Below, one piece after another: positions 29,753-38,719 of a DNA stretch of 64,000 nt. The notes under the pieces were generated by a model. That model saw only the letters and a program-made list of their open reading frames with translations, had not been told where the DNA came from and ran no database searches. The stretch spans positions 702,919 to 766,918 of the forward strand of contig CAWFCE010000002.1 of assembly GCA_963814275.1 (NCBI GenBank), given 5' to 3'. Source of the stretch: Candidatus Parcubacteria bacterium. GTDB taxonomy: Bacteria > Patescibacteriota > Patescibacteriia > Patescibacteriales > UBA12075. The translations under genes were made by a program, and so were the position numbers. How positions within the stretch are numbered: the stretch's first letter is position 1; each line of letters opens with the position of its first letter.

Positions 29753-29849
29753 ATATTAACAATACTGCAGATAATGTTCGTTATGCCAGATAAAGAAAAG
29801 CCGTTTCCCCGGAGGGAAACGGCAATTTTGATTCAGGGTATTTAGCGCC

Positions 29850-30158
29850 CTAGTTATACATTATACCCCTGACCTCCAGGCATTCCAGGCCCGGTTTGGG
29901 GGTGTCCAGTGACCTTTTCTCTCCATTCCGGAGCCAATAGTACCAACCGTCGTACTGCTCGCTGTTGGCGAAAAAAAGCATTTCTGCCGGCTGGCCGTCC
30001 ATGCCGAGCCTTTTTTTGATCGGTTGGATGATGCGCATATTCCGACAAAGTTTTCCCTCGGCTATGATAGTGACCGGCATAGCGGCTTCGCCATTCTCGC
30101 CGAATGTGTTCAGGAAATAACCGATCATTTTGCCGGAAAGGGTATGAGTGAACCGCAT
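29850..30158 (-). CDS. Hypothetical protein (102 aa)
   Basis: AGGAGG RBS upstream on the minus strand (rc of ccctcctt at ~30166). Confidence 0.5.
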   Translation of the reverse strand: MRFTHTLSGKMIGYFLNTFGENGEAAMPVTIIAEGKLCRNMRIIQPIKKRLGMDGQPAEMLFFANSEQYDGWYYWLRNGEKRSLDTPKPGLECLEVRGIMYN

Positions 30159-30243
30159 GACTAATTCCCTCCTTTCATGTGTTTTGGTTTTCGATACCTA
30201 AAAATTAGCTCAAGGGGAAGAAAATGTCAATGCGGAACGAGTT

Positions 30244-30425
30244 GTAAAGTTATAAAGTTTGTAAAGTTATAAAGTTTTTAAAGTTTGTAAAGTTGAAAGT
30301 TATAAAGTTTTTAAAGTTTGTAAAGTTGAAAGTTATAAAGTTTTTAAAGTTTGTAAAGTTGAAAGTTATAAAGTTTTTAAAGTTTGTAAAGTTGAAAGTT
30401 ATAATGTTATAAAGTTTTTTAAGGT
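30244..30425. repeat. 33-bp tandem repeat x~5 (aagtttttaaagtttgtaaagttgaaagttata) in a divergent promoter region
   Basis: Direct reading of perfect and near-perfect 33-bp units. Confidence 0.85.
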
Positions 30426-30469
30426 TATTAGTGGGGTATTTACAAAATGGTGGTTTTGTTGTATATTAT

Positions 30470-30520
30470 CACGCAGCACAATATACTTAATACTAAATAC
30501 TAAATACTTAATACTAAAAA
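30470..30520. repeat. Family D repeat copy 2
   Basis: cacgcagcacaatatacttaatactaaatactaaatacttaatactaaaaa. Confidence 0.5.
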
Positions 30521-30564
30521 GGGTTCTTTCAAACAACTATTTTTTAAAAAAGGGGAGGGAAATA

Positions 30565-30945
30565 ATGAAAAAACATTGGTTGATTTTCGGCGTTATGGTG
30601 CTGCTCTTGTTTCAATTCTCCGGCCGGGCGGTTTTTGGCGGGGAAAACGGTCTGTTGTCCCGGCAGAAAGAGGCGATGAAGAGAAATATAACGGCGTTCT
30701 ACTATTACGGTTACAATGATTATGATTGCTATGTAGAGCTTGATAATCTGCGCAGTGATATTGAGGCGGGCGCGTTTTTCAGCAAGAATTATCAGACCCT
30801 TAAGGATTTCAAGGATAACGAACCGGAGCGGTTCGGCAATTTTATGGGAGTGCTGGAAATTGCCTGCCGCATCGGCCATATGGACCTGGAGCAAAAGCAG
30901 CAGCGCCTGCCGCTTTTGCTCTATGAGATAGAAAATACGCAATAG
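30565..30945 (+). CDS. Small secreted hypothetical protein
   Basis: GGGAGGG RBS, signal peptide MKKHWLIFGVMVLLLFQFSGRAVFG. Confidence 0.5.
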   Translation: MKKHWLIFGVMVLLLFQFSGRAVFGGENGLLSRQKEAMKRNITAFYYYGYNDYDCYVELDNLRSDIEAGAFFSKNYQTLKDFKDNEPERFGNFMGVLEIACRIGHMDLEQKQQRLPLLLYEIENTQ

Positions 30946-30947
30946 AT

Positions 30948-31003
30948 TTACGGGGAAAATCCCCGTAAAAAGCGCCAGTACATAAATACTGGCGCTTTTT
31001 TAT
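30948..31003 (+). terminator. Tandem hairpins / rho-independent terminator
   Basis: tacggggaaaatccccgta and aagcgccagtacataaatactggcgctttttt. Confidence 0.6.
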
Positions 31004-31077
31004 TTCTGTGAAAATGATAATTTAATAATCCATTAACCTGAATAATATATACTTTTAAATATAATAATTCGATTAAT

Positions 31078-31689
31078 ATGGAAAAATATACTTTACCCAA
31101 ATTAAAATACGGCTATGGCGATCTGGAGCCTTATATCTCTGAAGAAATAATGACACTTCACCACAGCAAGCACCACCAGGCCTATGTCAACGGCGCCAAC
31201 GCGGTGGTCGAGAGACTCAGGAAGGCGCGGGAGGCCGGCGCGGAAGTCGATATGAAAAGCGAATTGAAGACCCTGTCCTTCAACCTGAACGGCCATCTGC
31301 TCCATTCCCGGTTCTGGGATATATTGGGGCCGGCCAAGGACGTGGCCAAATTGCCGTCCGGCAAGCTAAAGGAGGATATGGATGCGGCCTTCGGCGGCTG
31401 GGAGCGCTTCATGAAAGAATTCACCCAGGCCGCCATGAGCGTCGAGGGCTCGGGCTGGGCGGCCTTGGTCTACCACCCCGTAAGCGGGTTGCTCATCATG
31501 CAGATCGAGAAGCACAATGCCAATTGCTATGCCGGACACGAGATACTGATGCTCGTCGATGTCTGGGAGCACGCCTACTACCTTGACTACAAGAACGACC
31601 GGGGGAAGTATCTGGAGGGTTTTTGGAATGTGGTGGACTGGGAGGAAGTGGGGAAGAATTATGGCAATATTAAGAAGAAATATATTTAA
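31078..31689 (+). CDS. Superoxide dismutase, Fe/Mn family
   Basis: HHSKHHQAYV, DVWEHAYYLDY signature. Confidence 0.92.
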   Translation: MEKYTLPKLKYGYGDLEPYISEEIMTLHHSKHHQAYVNGANAVVERLRKAREAGAEVDMKSELKTLSFNLNGHLLHSRFWDILGPAKDVAKLPSGKLKEDMDAAFGGWERFMKEFTQAAMSVEGSGWAALVYHPVSGLLIMQIEKHNANCYAGHEILMLVDVWEHAYYLDYKNDRGKYLEGFWNVVDWEEVGKNYGNIKKKYI

Positions 31690-31692
31690 TTT

Positions 31693-31870
31693 ACAATAAT
31701 CCAATAATCCAATTTTCAATTAATATTTAATATCTAATTTTTAATTTTCAAACCAGTCTATTTTAATATTTGATATTGAAAATTAAATATTGTTTGGATT
31801 ATTGGATTATTGAAAATTGGATTATTCAGACTGGATTATTGAAAATTATTGCGTTGATTATTCTTAATAA
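31693..31870. repeat. Family B palindromic element copy 1 (caataatccaataatcc arms; centre tattttaatatttgatattgaaaattaaatatt)
   Basis: Imperfect inverted arms ~35 bp; copies also at 32500-32640 and 63378-63545. Confidence 0.65.
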
Positions 31871-31895
31871 TAAAAATAAATATAGCAATTAACCT

Positions 31896-32459
31896 ATGTT
31901 ATCCATCAACGATCCCATTCCCGAGATGGAACTCGAAGCCTATGTACCGGACAAATTCGAAAAGATCAAACTCTCGGACTACCTGGGCCAATGGCTCGTC
32001 ATATTGTTCTACCCGGCCGATTTCACATTTGTCTGTCCTACCGAGCTGGAAGACGCCGCCAGCCACGAAAAGGAGTTCGCCGAAGAGGGCGCCGCAATCG
32101 TCAGCGTCAGTGCGGATACCGCCTTTGTCCATAAGGCCTGGCATGACCACTCGGAGTCGATCCGCCAGATCAATTATCCGATGATCGCCGACCCGACCGG
32201 CAAGCTGTGCGAGGCATTCGGCACCTATCTTCCGGGCGAGGGATTGTCGCTCCGGGCCACCTTTATCGTCGATCCGGACGGCCTGGTCAAATCGCTCGAG
32301 CTCCACGACAACAGCATCGGCCGCAATATCACCGAGATCCTGCGCAAACTGCGCGCCGCCAAATTCGTCCGCGAACACCCGGGCCTGGCCTGCCCCGCCA
32401 ACTGGCAGCCGGGGAATAAAAGCTTAAAACCCGGTGTTGAGCTGGTTGGTAAAATATGA
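31896..32459 (+). CDS. Peroxiredoxin (AhpC/TSA family)
   Basis: Peroxidatic Cys motif FTFVCPTE, thioredoxin fold length. Confidence 0.9.
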   Translation: MLSINDPIPEMELEAYVPDKFEKIKLSDYLGQWLVILFYPADFTFVCPTELEDAASHEKEFAEEGAAIVSVSADTAFVHKAWHDHSESIRQINYPMIADPTGKLCEAFGTYLPGEGLSLRATFIVDPDGLVKSLELHDNSIGRNITEILRKLRAAKFVREHPGLACPANWQPGNKSLKPGVELVGKI

Positions 32460-32499
32460 TTGAATGTTATTATTATTTAGCCTGAATGACCAAAATTTA

Positions 32500-32640
32500 G
32501 TTACTCAATTTTCAATAATCCAATAATCCAAACAATATTTAATATCTAATACTTAATTTTCAATCCGGCCTATTTTAATATTTGATATTGAAAATTAAAT
32601 ATTGATTGAGTCACTGGATTATTGGATTATTGATAATTTA
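32500..32640. repeat. Family B palindromic element copy 2
   Basis: caataatccaataatccaaacaatatttaat ... attaaatattgattgagtcactggattattggattattg. Confidence 0.65.
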
Positions 32641-32651
32641 AATAAAAAGTT

Positions 32652-33038
32652 ATGTTCAAAGTACAACATTTCGAAATACCCGCCGCAGATGTGGAGCGGG
32701 CGAAAAAATTCTATGAGGAGGTGATGGGCTGGCGGGTCTCAGCGATGCCGGCGGCAGATATGGAGTATTGGGGCGTCTACACGACCGAGATTGACGACCA
32801 GCGCATGCCCAAAGAGGCGGGCGCGATCAACGGCGGCCTTTATAAGAAGATGCGGGAAAACGAGGTATTGACGGTCTACGCGACGGTGGATTCGATCGAT
32901 GACGTAGTGCAAAAGGTCACCGCCCACGGCGGCCGGGTGATCCAGCCCAAAACCACGGTAGGGGATATGGGCTTCTCCGCCCGCATCGCCGACCCGGAAG
33001 GGAATGTGGTGGGGATATGGGAAATGATGAAAAAATGA
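32652..33038 (+). CDS. VOC/glyoxalase-bleomycin resistance family protein
   Basis: N-terminal HFEIPAADVERAKKFYEEVMGW beta-alpha-beta-beta-beta module, 128 aa. Confidence 0.75.
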   Translation: MFKVQHFEIPAADVERAKKFYEEVMGWRVSAMPAADMEYWGVYTTEIDDQRMPKEAGAINGGLYKKMRENEVLTVYATVDSIDDVVQKVTAHGGRVIQPKTTVGDMGFSARIADPEGNVVGIWEMMKK

Positions 33039-33149
33039 TTTAAGACAGGGAAAAAGCGCCCGGCTTTCTTTGTTTGTTATACACGAAACCTTAAATATTG
33101 ACCGTTTGTCCGCGGAATTAACGCGGACCCTACGCGGATTTTACGCTGA

Positions 33150-33760
33150 AAATAATAATCCGCTATAAACGTTTAGTGTAATGTGGCACGGGATTGCTTC
33201 GCCCCGCAGTGTGTGGGGCTCGCAATGACAGGTTGATTAGGATTGCTTCGTCCCGCAGCGTTTTTATATACTGTCATTGCGAGCGACAGAAAAGATTATT
33301 ATATACGGATAATATTTGGATGAAGATATAAGCAGTTGTTTGAACGTATGTGAAGTCGCGAAGCAATCCCGAAGCGTTTTTTTTCTGTCATTGCGAGCGA
33401 CAGAAATAAATTATGGTTTATGAACCGATTTTGATAAAGTACTATGAAGTTGCTTCCGTGTACGAGAAGTCGCGAAGCAATCCCGAGGCGCGAGGAACCA
33501 GCCCTTTTTACCTCTCTTTTATAAACGCTTAGTGATTTGTGGCACGGGATTGCTTCGCGACTCCATGACCGAAAAATATACCAGTCAGATTTTTATCGCA
33601 GTTCCGATAAGCTAATATGTATTTGCGGTCGCTCGCAATGACAGGTTAATACGGGATTGCTTCGCCCCGCAGTGTGCGGGGCTCGCAATGACAGATTAAA
33701 TTGGATTGCTTCGCTCCCCAGCGTACAGGGCTCGCTGGTACTGTAAAAATGTAATGCTAC
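33150..33760. repeat. GC-rich nested-palindrome element, family C copy 2 (expanded, ~610 bp)
   Basis: Multiple copies of tgtcattgcgagcgacagaaa, gaagtcgcgaagcaatcccgaggcg, ggcacgggattgcttcgc[gactcc/cccgcagtgtgcggggctcgcaatgaca]; ~85-90% identical to 35470-35890 over ~420 bp. Confidence 0.7.
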
Positions 33761-33812
33761 TTTAAAATTATCCGGTATTCGCGATGGAAAAATTTTCTGA
33801 TATAATTGTTGT

Positions 33813-34145
33813 ATGAAGGACTATGTCTATTTCACATATATCGCCACGAATTTTCCCCGTTGTACCGTTTTATACACCGGAATAACCAGCGACCCTTACG
33901 GCCGTGAATGGGAACACCAGAACAAGGAATTTCCCGACAGCTTTTCCGCGCGTTACAATATTAACCGCATTGTTTATTTTGAATATTATGACGATGTGAA
34001 TGTCGCGATCAAAAGAGAGAAGGCGATTAAAGGAAGTTCGAGAAAGAAAAAAATGAAATTGATCGAGTCGATCAATCCGGATTGGTCTGATTTGGTTGAA
34101 AAAATGCGAAATGAGGAAAACGTGGTTGGCAATACGCGCGATTGA
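33813..34145 (+). CDS. GIY-YIG nuclease superfamily protein (small COG2827/UPF0213-type)
   Basis: YVYFTYIATN...LYTGITSDPYGREWEHQN...YFEYYDDVNVAIKREKAIKGSSRKKK pattern. Confidence 0.7.
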   Translation: MKDYVYFTYIATNFPRCTVLYTGITSDPYGREWEHQNKEFPDSFSARYNINRIVYFEYYDDVNVAIKREKAIKGSSRKKKMKLIESINPDWSDLVEKMRNEENVVGNTRD

Positions 34146-34346
34146 AGTGAATCATGATAATCCGGATAAATAATCACGGCCCCACCATTCCGCCATTCCA
34201 GTCTTGAATTGTAGAGAATAAGTGTGTTATAATAATCCTATAAATCATATTAATGGAATTACGCTATATTGCGTAATTTTTTTTAATTACAGAGTTTCAG
34301 CCAGCTGGCTGATCCGCCTTTGGAGGAAATTCTGTAATTCCATATT

Positions 34347-34529
34347 ATGGCCAGATTAAGCCTTGAAAACAGGAATATTAGGAAATTGTGCAAGGTCGGG
34401 GGATGGAAGACCTACTCCGTAACCCTGCCGATCGAAGCGATCAGGGAGCTGGGCTGGCAGAAGAAGCAGAAAGTGGTCGTGGAGACCGATTTGAAGAATA
34501 AGCGTTTAACGATTAAGGACTGGAAATAG
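34347..34529 (+). CDS. Small AbrB/SpoVT-like (looped-hinge helix) DNA-binding / antitoxin-like protein, 60 aa
   Basis: KVGGWKTYSVTLPIEAIRELGW resembles the swapped-hairpin motif. Confidence 0.35.
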   Translation: MARLSLENRNIRKLCKVGGWKTYSVTLPIEAIRELGWQKKQKVVVETDLKNKRLTIKDWK

Positions 34530-34533
34530 ACCT

Positions 34534-35393
34534 ATGCCGGCAGCCTATCCTCGGTTATTCCATATTGGCACGCAGAAGGCCGGCTCGACCTATCTGTACA
34601 ATATTCTTGCGCAGCATCCTGATTTGTCGTTGCCAAAGATCAAAGAACCGGCGTATTTTACCACGAATTACGAACGCGGACTGGAATGGTATTCGGGGTT
34701 GTTCGAAGGAGAGGGGATCCGCCTTGATACCACCCCCAAATATTTCCAGTTGGGGGAGAAAGCAGCGCCGCGGATCAAAGAGTATGCCGACAGACATCTG
34801 GCCGAACCGCCCCGCTTCCTCCTGATCCTGCGCAATCCGGTCGATTACCTCAATTCTCATTTCGAAATGCAGAAATACCACGGTTTTTCCGGAATAACCC
34901 CGGGGATTACCCGGAACCGATGGATAAGCTCATTGACCACCTTAGGCGCTACCCCAAGTACCTGGAGCGCGCCCGCTACGCCAAGATTTTGAGGAGCCAT
35001 TGGCTCAGCCGCTGGCCGCTCGAAAATTTTCTGATAGTTTATTTCGAGGATTTCATCGCTGATCCGAATGGAACTGCCAACCGGATCTGCCGTTTTTTCG
35101 GGGTCAGCGAGCATGAGTTCAACACCGCCAATCAAGTGAGCCGCAACAAAATGCTGAGGAATGACTGGCTCTTCCGTCTCCAGTCCTGGACAGTGAAAAG
35201 GGAAGGGATCAAAAATGTTTTGAAGAAAAGCCGCTTGTTCAATTATGCTTATAAGAATGTCCTGACCGGGAAATCAGGCAGTAAATTACCGCCGGGAGAC
35301 CGCCGGGAGATCGCCGCCATGCTCAAGCCCGATGTTGCCGAATTGGAGGTATTGCTAGGCAAGAAGATAGAGGTTTGGCCCGATTTCAAATAA
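34534..35393 (+). pseudogene. Sulfotransferase-family gene interrupted by a frameshift at a C4G4 run (~34905-34920)
   Basis: N-terminal PAPS 5'-phosphosulfate-binding motif GTQKAGSTYL in the 34534 frame. C-terminal sulfotransferase part (FLIVYFEDFIADPNGTANRICRFFGV) in the 34920 frame; junction at taaccccggggatt. Confidence 0.6.
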
Positions 35394-35424
35394 TTTCACC
35401 CTGGCGACTTTTTTTGTCATTTCG

Positions 35425-35895
35425 AACCACCACCTTTCTGTCATTGCGAATCCCGAAGCGTTTTTTACATTGTCATTGCGAGCGACAGAAAAAACTATTA
35501 TCTACGGATATATATGGATGAAGATTTAAGCAGTTGCTTCCGCATACGAGAAGTCGCAAACCAGTCCCGAGGCGTTTTTTACATTGTCATTGCGAGCGAC
35601 AGAAATAAATTATGGTTTATGAACCGATTTTGATAAAGTACTATGAAGTTGCATCCGCATACGAGAAGTCGCGAAGCAATCCCGAGGCGCGAGGAACTAG
35701 CCTTTTTTAACCGCTTCGTAATCAACGCTTAGTGATTTGTGGCACGGGATTGCTTCGCGACTCCATGATCGAGAATAAAACCAATCAGATCGTTATCGCA
35801 ATTACCAGAAGCTAATATGTATTTGCGGTCGCTCGCAATGACAGATTAATTAGGATTGCTTCGCCCCGCAGCGCGCTGGGCTCGCAACGACAGGA
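35425..35895. repeat. GC-rich nested-palindrome element, family C copy 3; direct repeat of copy 2
   Basis: Same module order and orientation as 33290-33700. Confidence 0.7.
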
Positions 35896-35914
35896 TATTA
35901 TTAACAATAAATAT

Positions 35915-36451
35915 ATGATCAACAAAAAATCCATCATTATTTTCACCGCAATAATTATCTTGGCGGCTGCTTCCCGTTTAATAAACCATCCCTACAATTT
36001 CACCCCGCTCGGAGCGATGGCGCTTTTTGCCGGCGCGTATGGACTGAAAAAGAGCTGGGTAATCCTGCCGCTGGCCGCCCTCCTGATCGGCGACTATTTT
36101 ATCGGATTTTATGCCTGGCCGGTGATGGCCGCAGTTTACGGTTCCTTCGCCCTGGCCTTCGTCATTGGCTGGCAGATGAGGAAGCGGGCAAAATGGCAGA
36201 ACATAGCCGCCGCCTCGCTGGTTTCTTCCCTAGCTTTTTTCCTCATCACCAATTTCGCCGTCTGGGCATTCGCCAGCTGGTACCCGCACACCCTCGCCGG
36301 CCTGTTGAATTGTTTTACTCTCGCCATCCCGTTTTTCCGCAATACTCTCCTGGGTGACCTGGTTTACAGCGGAGCGCTGTTCGGAGGATATGAGCTGGTT
36401 AGTTATTTCGTTGTAAATAGTAAAACAAAATTTGCATCACGCAACATGTAA
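35915..36451 (+). CDS. Small polytopic membrane protein, possibly ECF-transporter S-component-like
   Basis: 178 aa, 5-6 TM helices; precedes a DUF4430 lipoprotein gene. Confidence 0.45.
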   Translation: MINKKSIIIFTAIIILAAASRLINHPYNFTPLGAMALFAGAYGLKKSWVILPLAALLIGDYFIGFYAWPVMAAVYGSFALAFVIGWQMRKRAKWQNIAAASLVSSLAFFLITNFAVWAFASWYPHTLAGLLNCFTLAIPFFRNTLLGDLVYSGALFGGYELVSYFVVNSKTKFASRNM

Positions 36452-36505
36452 CATATAGCACGCAACAAATTATACTTAATACTAAATACTTAATACTATT
36501 AAGCC
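36432..36505. repeat. Family D repeat copy 3 (overlaps stop of the 35915 gene)
   Basis: gcatcacgcaacatgtaacatatagcacgcaacaaattatacttaatactaaatacttaatactatt. Confidence 0.5.
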
Positions 36506-36511
36506 CCTCGT

Positions 36512-36985
36512 ATGATAATCAAAAAGATAAAATTTTCGATTTTAATTATCCCGCTGCTATTGGTGACGACCGCTTGTATCAACCAAGCAACAGCACCTGG
36601 TCCGGATGAGGAAGCTACCAATACGGAATCAATGGCGCAGGAAGAGCCGGCGGTCAATACGGTTCAGGCGTATCTGCGTTTTGTCGTGGCGGGGCAGGAC
36701 GACCCGATCTATGGCGAGACGCTGGAAGCGGAAACCGGTGTTGATCTGCTGACGCTGATGCAGACGCTTAATAATGAGGACAGGATCCAGATGGTGGTGA
36801 ATGGCGAAGGGGATATGGCGTTTGTCGAAAGCCTGGACGGCATGGCGGGCGACGCGGCTACGAACAAGTATTGGATGCTCTATGTGAACGATGACCTGGC
36901 CACAGTCGGCGCCGGCGCCTATATCATCCAGGACGGCGATTTCATAGAGTGGCGATACCAAGATACGACGGATATAAGTTTATAA
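36512..36985 (+). CDS. DUF4430-domain lipoprotein (transcobalamin-like C-terminal-domain fold)
   Basis: Lipobox-like LLVTTAC, C-terminal YWMLYVNDDLATVGAGAYIIQDGDFIEWRY matches the DUF4430 signature. Confidence 0.65.
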   Translation: MIIKKIKFSILIIPLLLVTTACINQATAPGPDEEATNTESMAQEEPAVNTVQAYLRFVVAGQDDPIYGETLEAETGVDLLTLMQTLNNEDRIQMVVNGEGDMAFVESLDGMAGDAATNKYWMLYVNDDLATVGAGAYIIQDGDFIEWRYQDTTDISL

Positions 36986-37159
36986 CCAAGGATATTTTTT
37001 ATAGAGTTTTTGCGAAATAAGAATGTTTCACCGCAGATAAATCGCTGATGAGTACGCTGATTTTTCGCTGAATCGTCTATCAGCGTTTGATCAACGTAGC
37101 AAGCCGCGATATATCAGCGGTCAAGCCGTGAATAGTTAGCCACGAGCAGAATAATAAGT

Positions 37160-38236
37160 ATGAGACTTTTAATAATCACCCAGAAGATAGATATTAATGA
37201 TTCAATTCTCGGCTTTTTCCATTCCTGGGTTCAGGAGTTCGCCAAGCACACCGAAAAATTAACGGTAATCTGCCTCCAAAAAGGCGAATATGATCTGCCG
37301 GATAATGTATCCGTATACAGCCTCGGTAAAGAGAATTCCAATTTCCAATTTCCAATTTCCAATTCCTCGATTTTCAAAAGAATAAACTACATTTACCGCT
37401 TCTACGGTTTGATCTGGCAAAAACGTAAAGAATACGACACAATCTTCGTCCACATGAACCCCGAATACGCGGTCCTGGCCGGCTGGCTCTGGAAATTGTG
37501 GCACAAAAAAGTCGCCCTTTGGTATACTCATAAGCAGGTTGATCTTAAACTACGTTTAGCGGAAAAGATTGTAGACGTTATATTTACTGCCAGCAAAGAA
37601 AGTTTTCGTCTTCCCAGTAATAAACTGAAGATTACAGGACACGGTATCGATCTTGAAAAGTTTCAACCGTCAAAGAGTAAAAACTCAAATTCAGGAGTTA
37701 AATTTAAAATTTTGTCGGTAGGCAGGATTTCGCCCAGTAAAGATTATGAGACATTGATAAAAGCCCTTAAAATTTTAAAAATGCAAGGTTTTTTATTTCG
37801 GACAAAGATCGTGGGAGGGCCGGTTTATGACAGTGATAAAGTATATTATGAACGATTAAAAAATTTAGTGAAGAATGAAAACCTGGAATCCGAAATTGAA
37901 TTTATCGGTCCTATACCAAATAATAAAATTGTTGATTATTATAATGATGCCGATATTTTCGTTCATATGAGCCAAACTGGCAGTTTAGACAAAGTAGTTC
38001 TTGAAGCGATGGCATGTGGGTTGATTATAATTTCAAATAACGATGCTGTTGTGAGAGATGTATTAATTGAATATAAGGAATATTTATCGTATCCAAAACA
38101 TGATTCAAATGCGTTGGTTGAACGTATTAAAAATTTAGTTGTTTTAGATAGAAGACAATTTTTAGATATAAAAAACGATTTGCATAGATTAGTATCTACG
38201 AATCATGATTTGAAAAGATTAATCAAAATATCATAA
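37160..38236 (+). CDS. Glycosyltransferase family 1/4 (intact)
   Basis: GRISPSKDYETLIKAL, EAMACGLIIISNN (EX7E-region). AT-rich gene. Confidence 0.8.
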   Translation: MRLLIITQKIDINDSILGFFHSWVQEFAKHTEKLTVICLQKGEYDLPDNVSVYSLGKENSNFQFPISNSSIFKRINYIYRFYGLIWQKRKEYDTIFVHMNPEYAVLAGWLWKLWHKKVALWYTHKQVDLKLRLAEKIVDVIFTASKESFRLPSNKLKITGHGIDLEKFQPSKSKNSNSGVKFKILSVGRISPSKDYETLIKALKILKMQGFLFRTKIVGGPVYDSDKVYYERLKNLVKNENLESEIEFIGPIPNNKIVDYYNDADIFVHMSQTGSLDKVVLEAMACGLIIISNNDAVVRDVLIEYKEYLSYPKHDSNALVERIKNLVVLDRRQFLDIKNDLHRLVSTNHDLKRLIKIS

Positions 38237-38256
38237 ACGGATTAAAATAAAAGTTT

Positions 38257-38633
38257 ATGCGCGTATGCTATTTTGGCTACTATAATCCTGAATACAGCCG
38301 CAACCGGGTATTGAGGCAAGGGCTTAGGGAAAACGGAGCAGAGATCGTTGATTGCCGAAGCCGGAGAAGGGGATAAGAAAATATTACGAGTTATATAATA
38401 AGCACAAGAAAATAAAAAAGGACGGCTATGATTTTCTGTTGGTCGGGTTTCCCGGCCATTTAGCCGCTATTCTGGCGCGTTTCCTGACCCGGAAAAAAAT
38501 AATCTTTGATTGTTTTACGTCCCTTTATGACTCTGCGGTTTATGACCGGAAGAAAGCGGGGAAAATAAGTTTGATAGCCGGTTATTATTGGCTCCTGGAT
38601 TACTTATCCTGCCGACTGGCCGATACGGTTTGA
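38257..38633 (+). pseudogene. Truncated/frameshifted glycosyltransferase N-terminal fragment (YFGxYNPEYSRNRVL family)
   Basis: MRVCYFGYYNPEYSRNRVLRQGLRENGAEIVDC (frame 1), then GYDFLLVGFPGHLAAILARFL...FDCFTSLYDSAVYDRK (frame 0). Paralogous to the fragments at 43921-44438. Confidence 0.55.
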
Positions 38634-38719
38634 CTGAATTACAAAACATTGTCAGGGAGTGTCATAGTCTGCCGGTATTGATCAGTAAAATGAATAAATA
38701 TATCAAAGAAGGAAACTAA

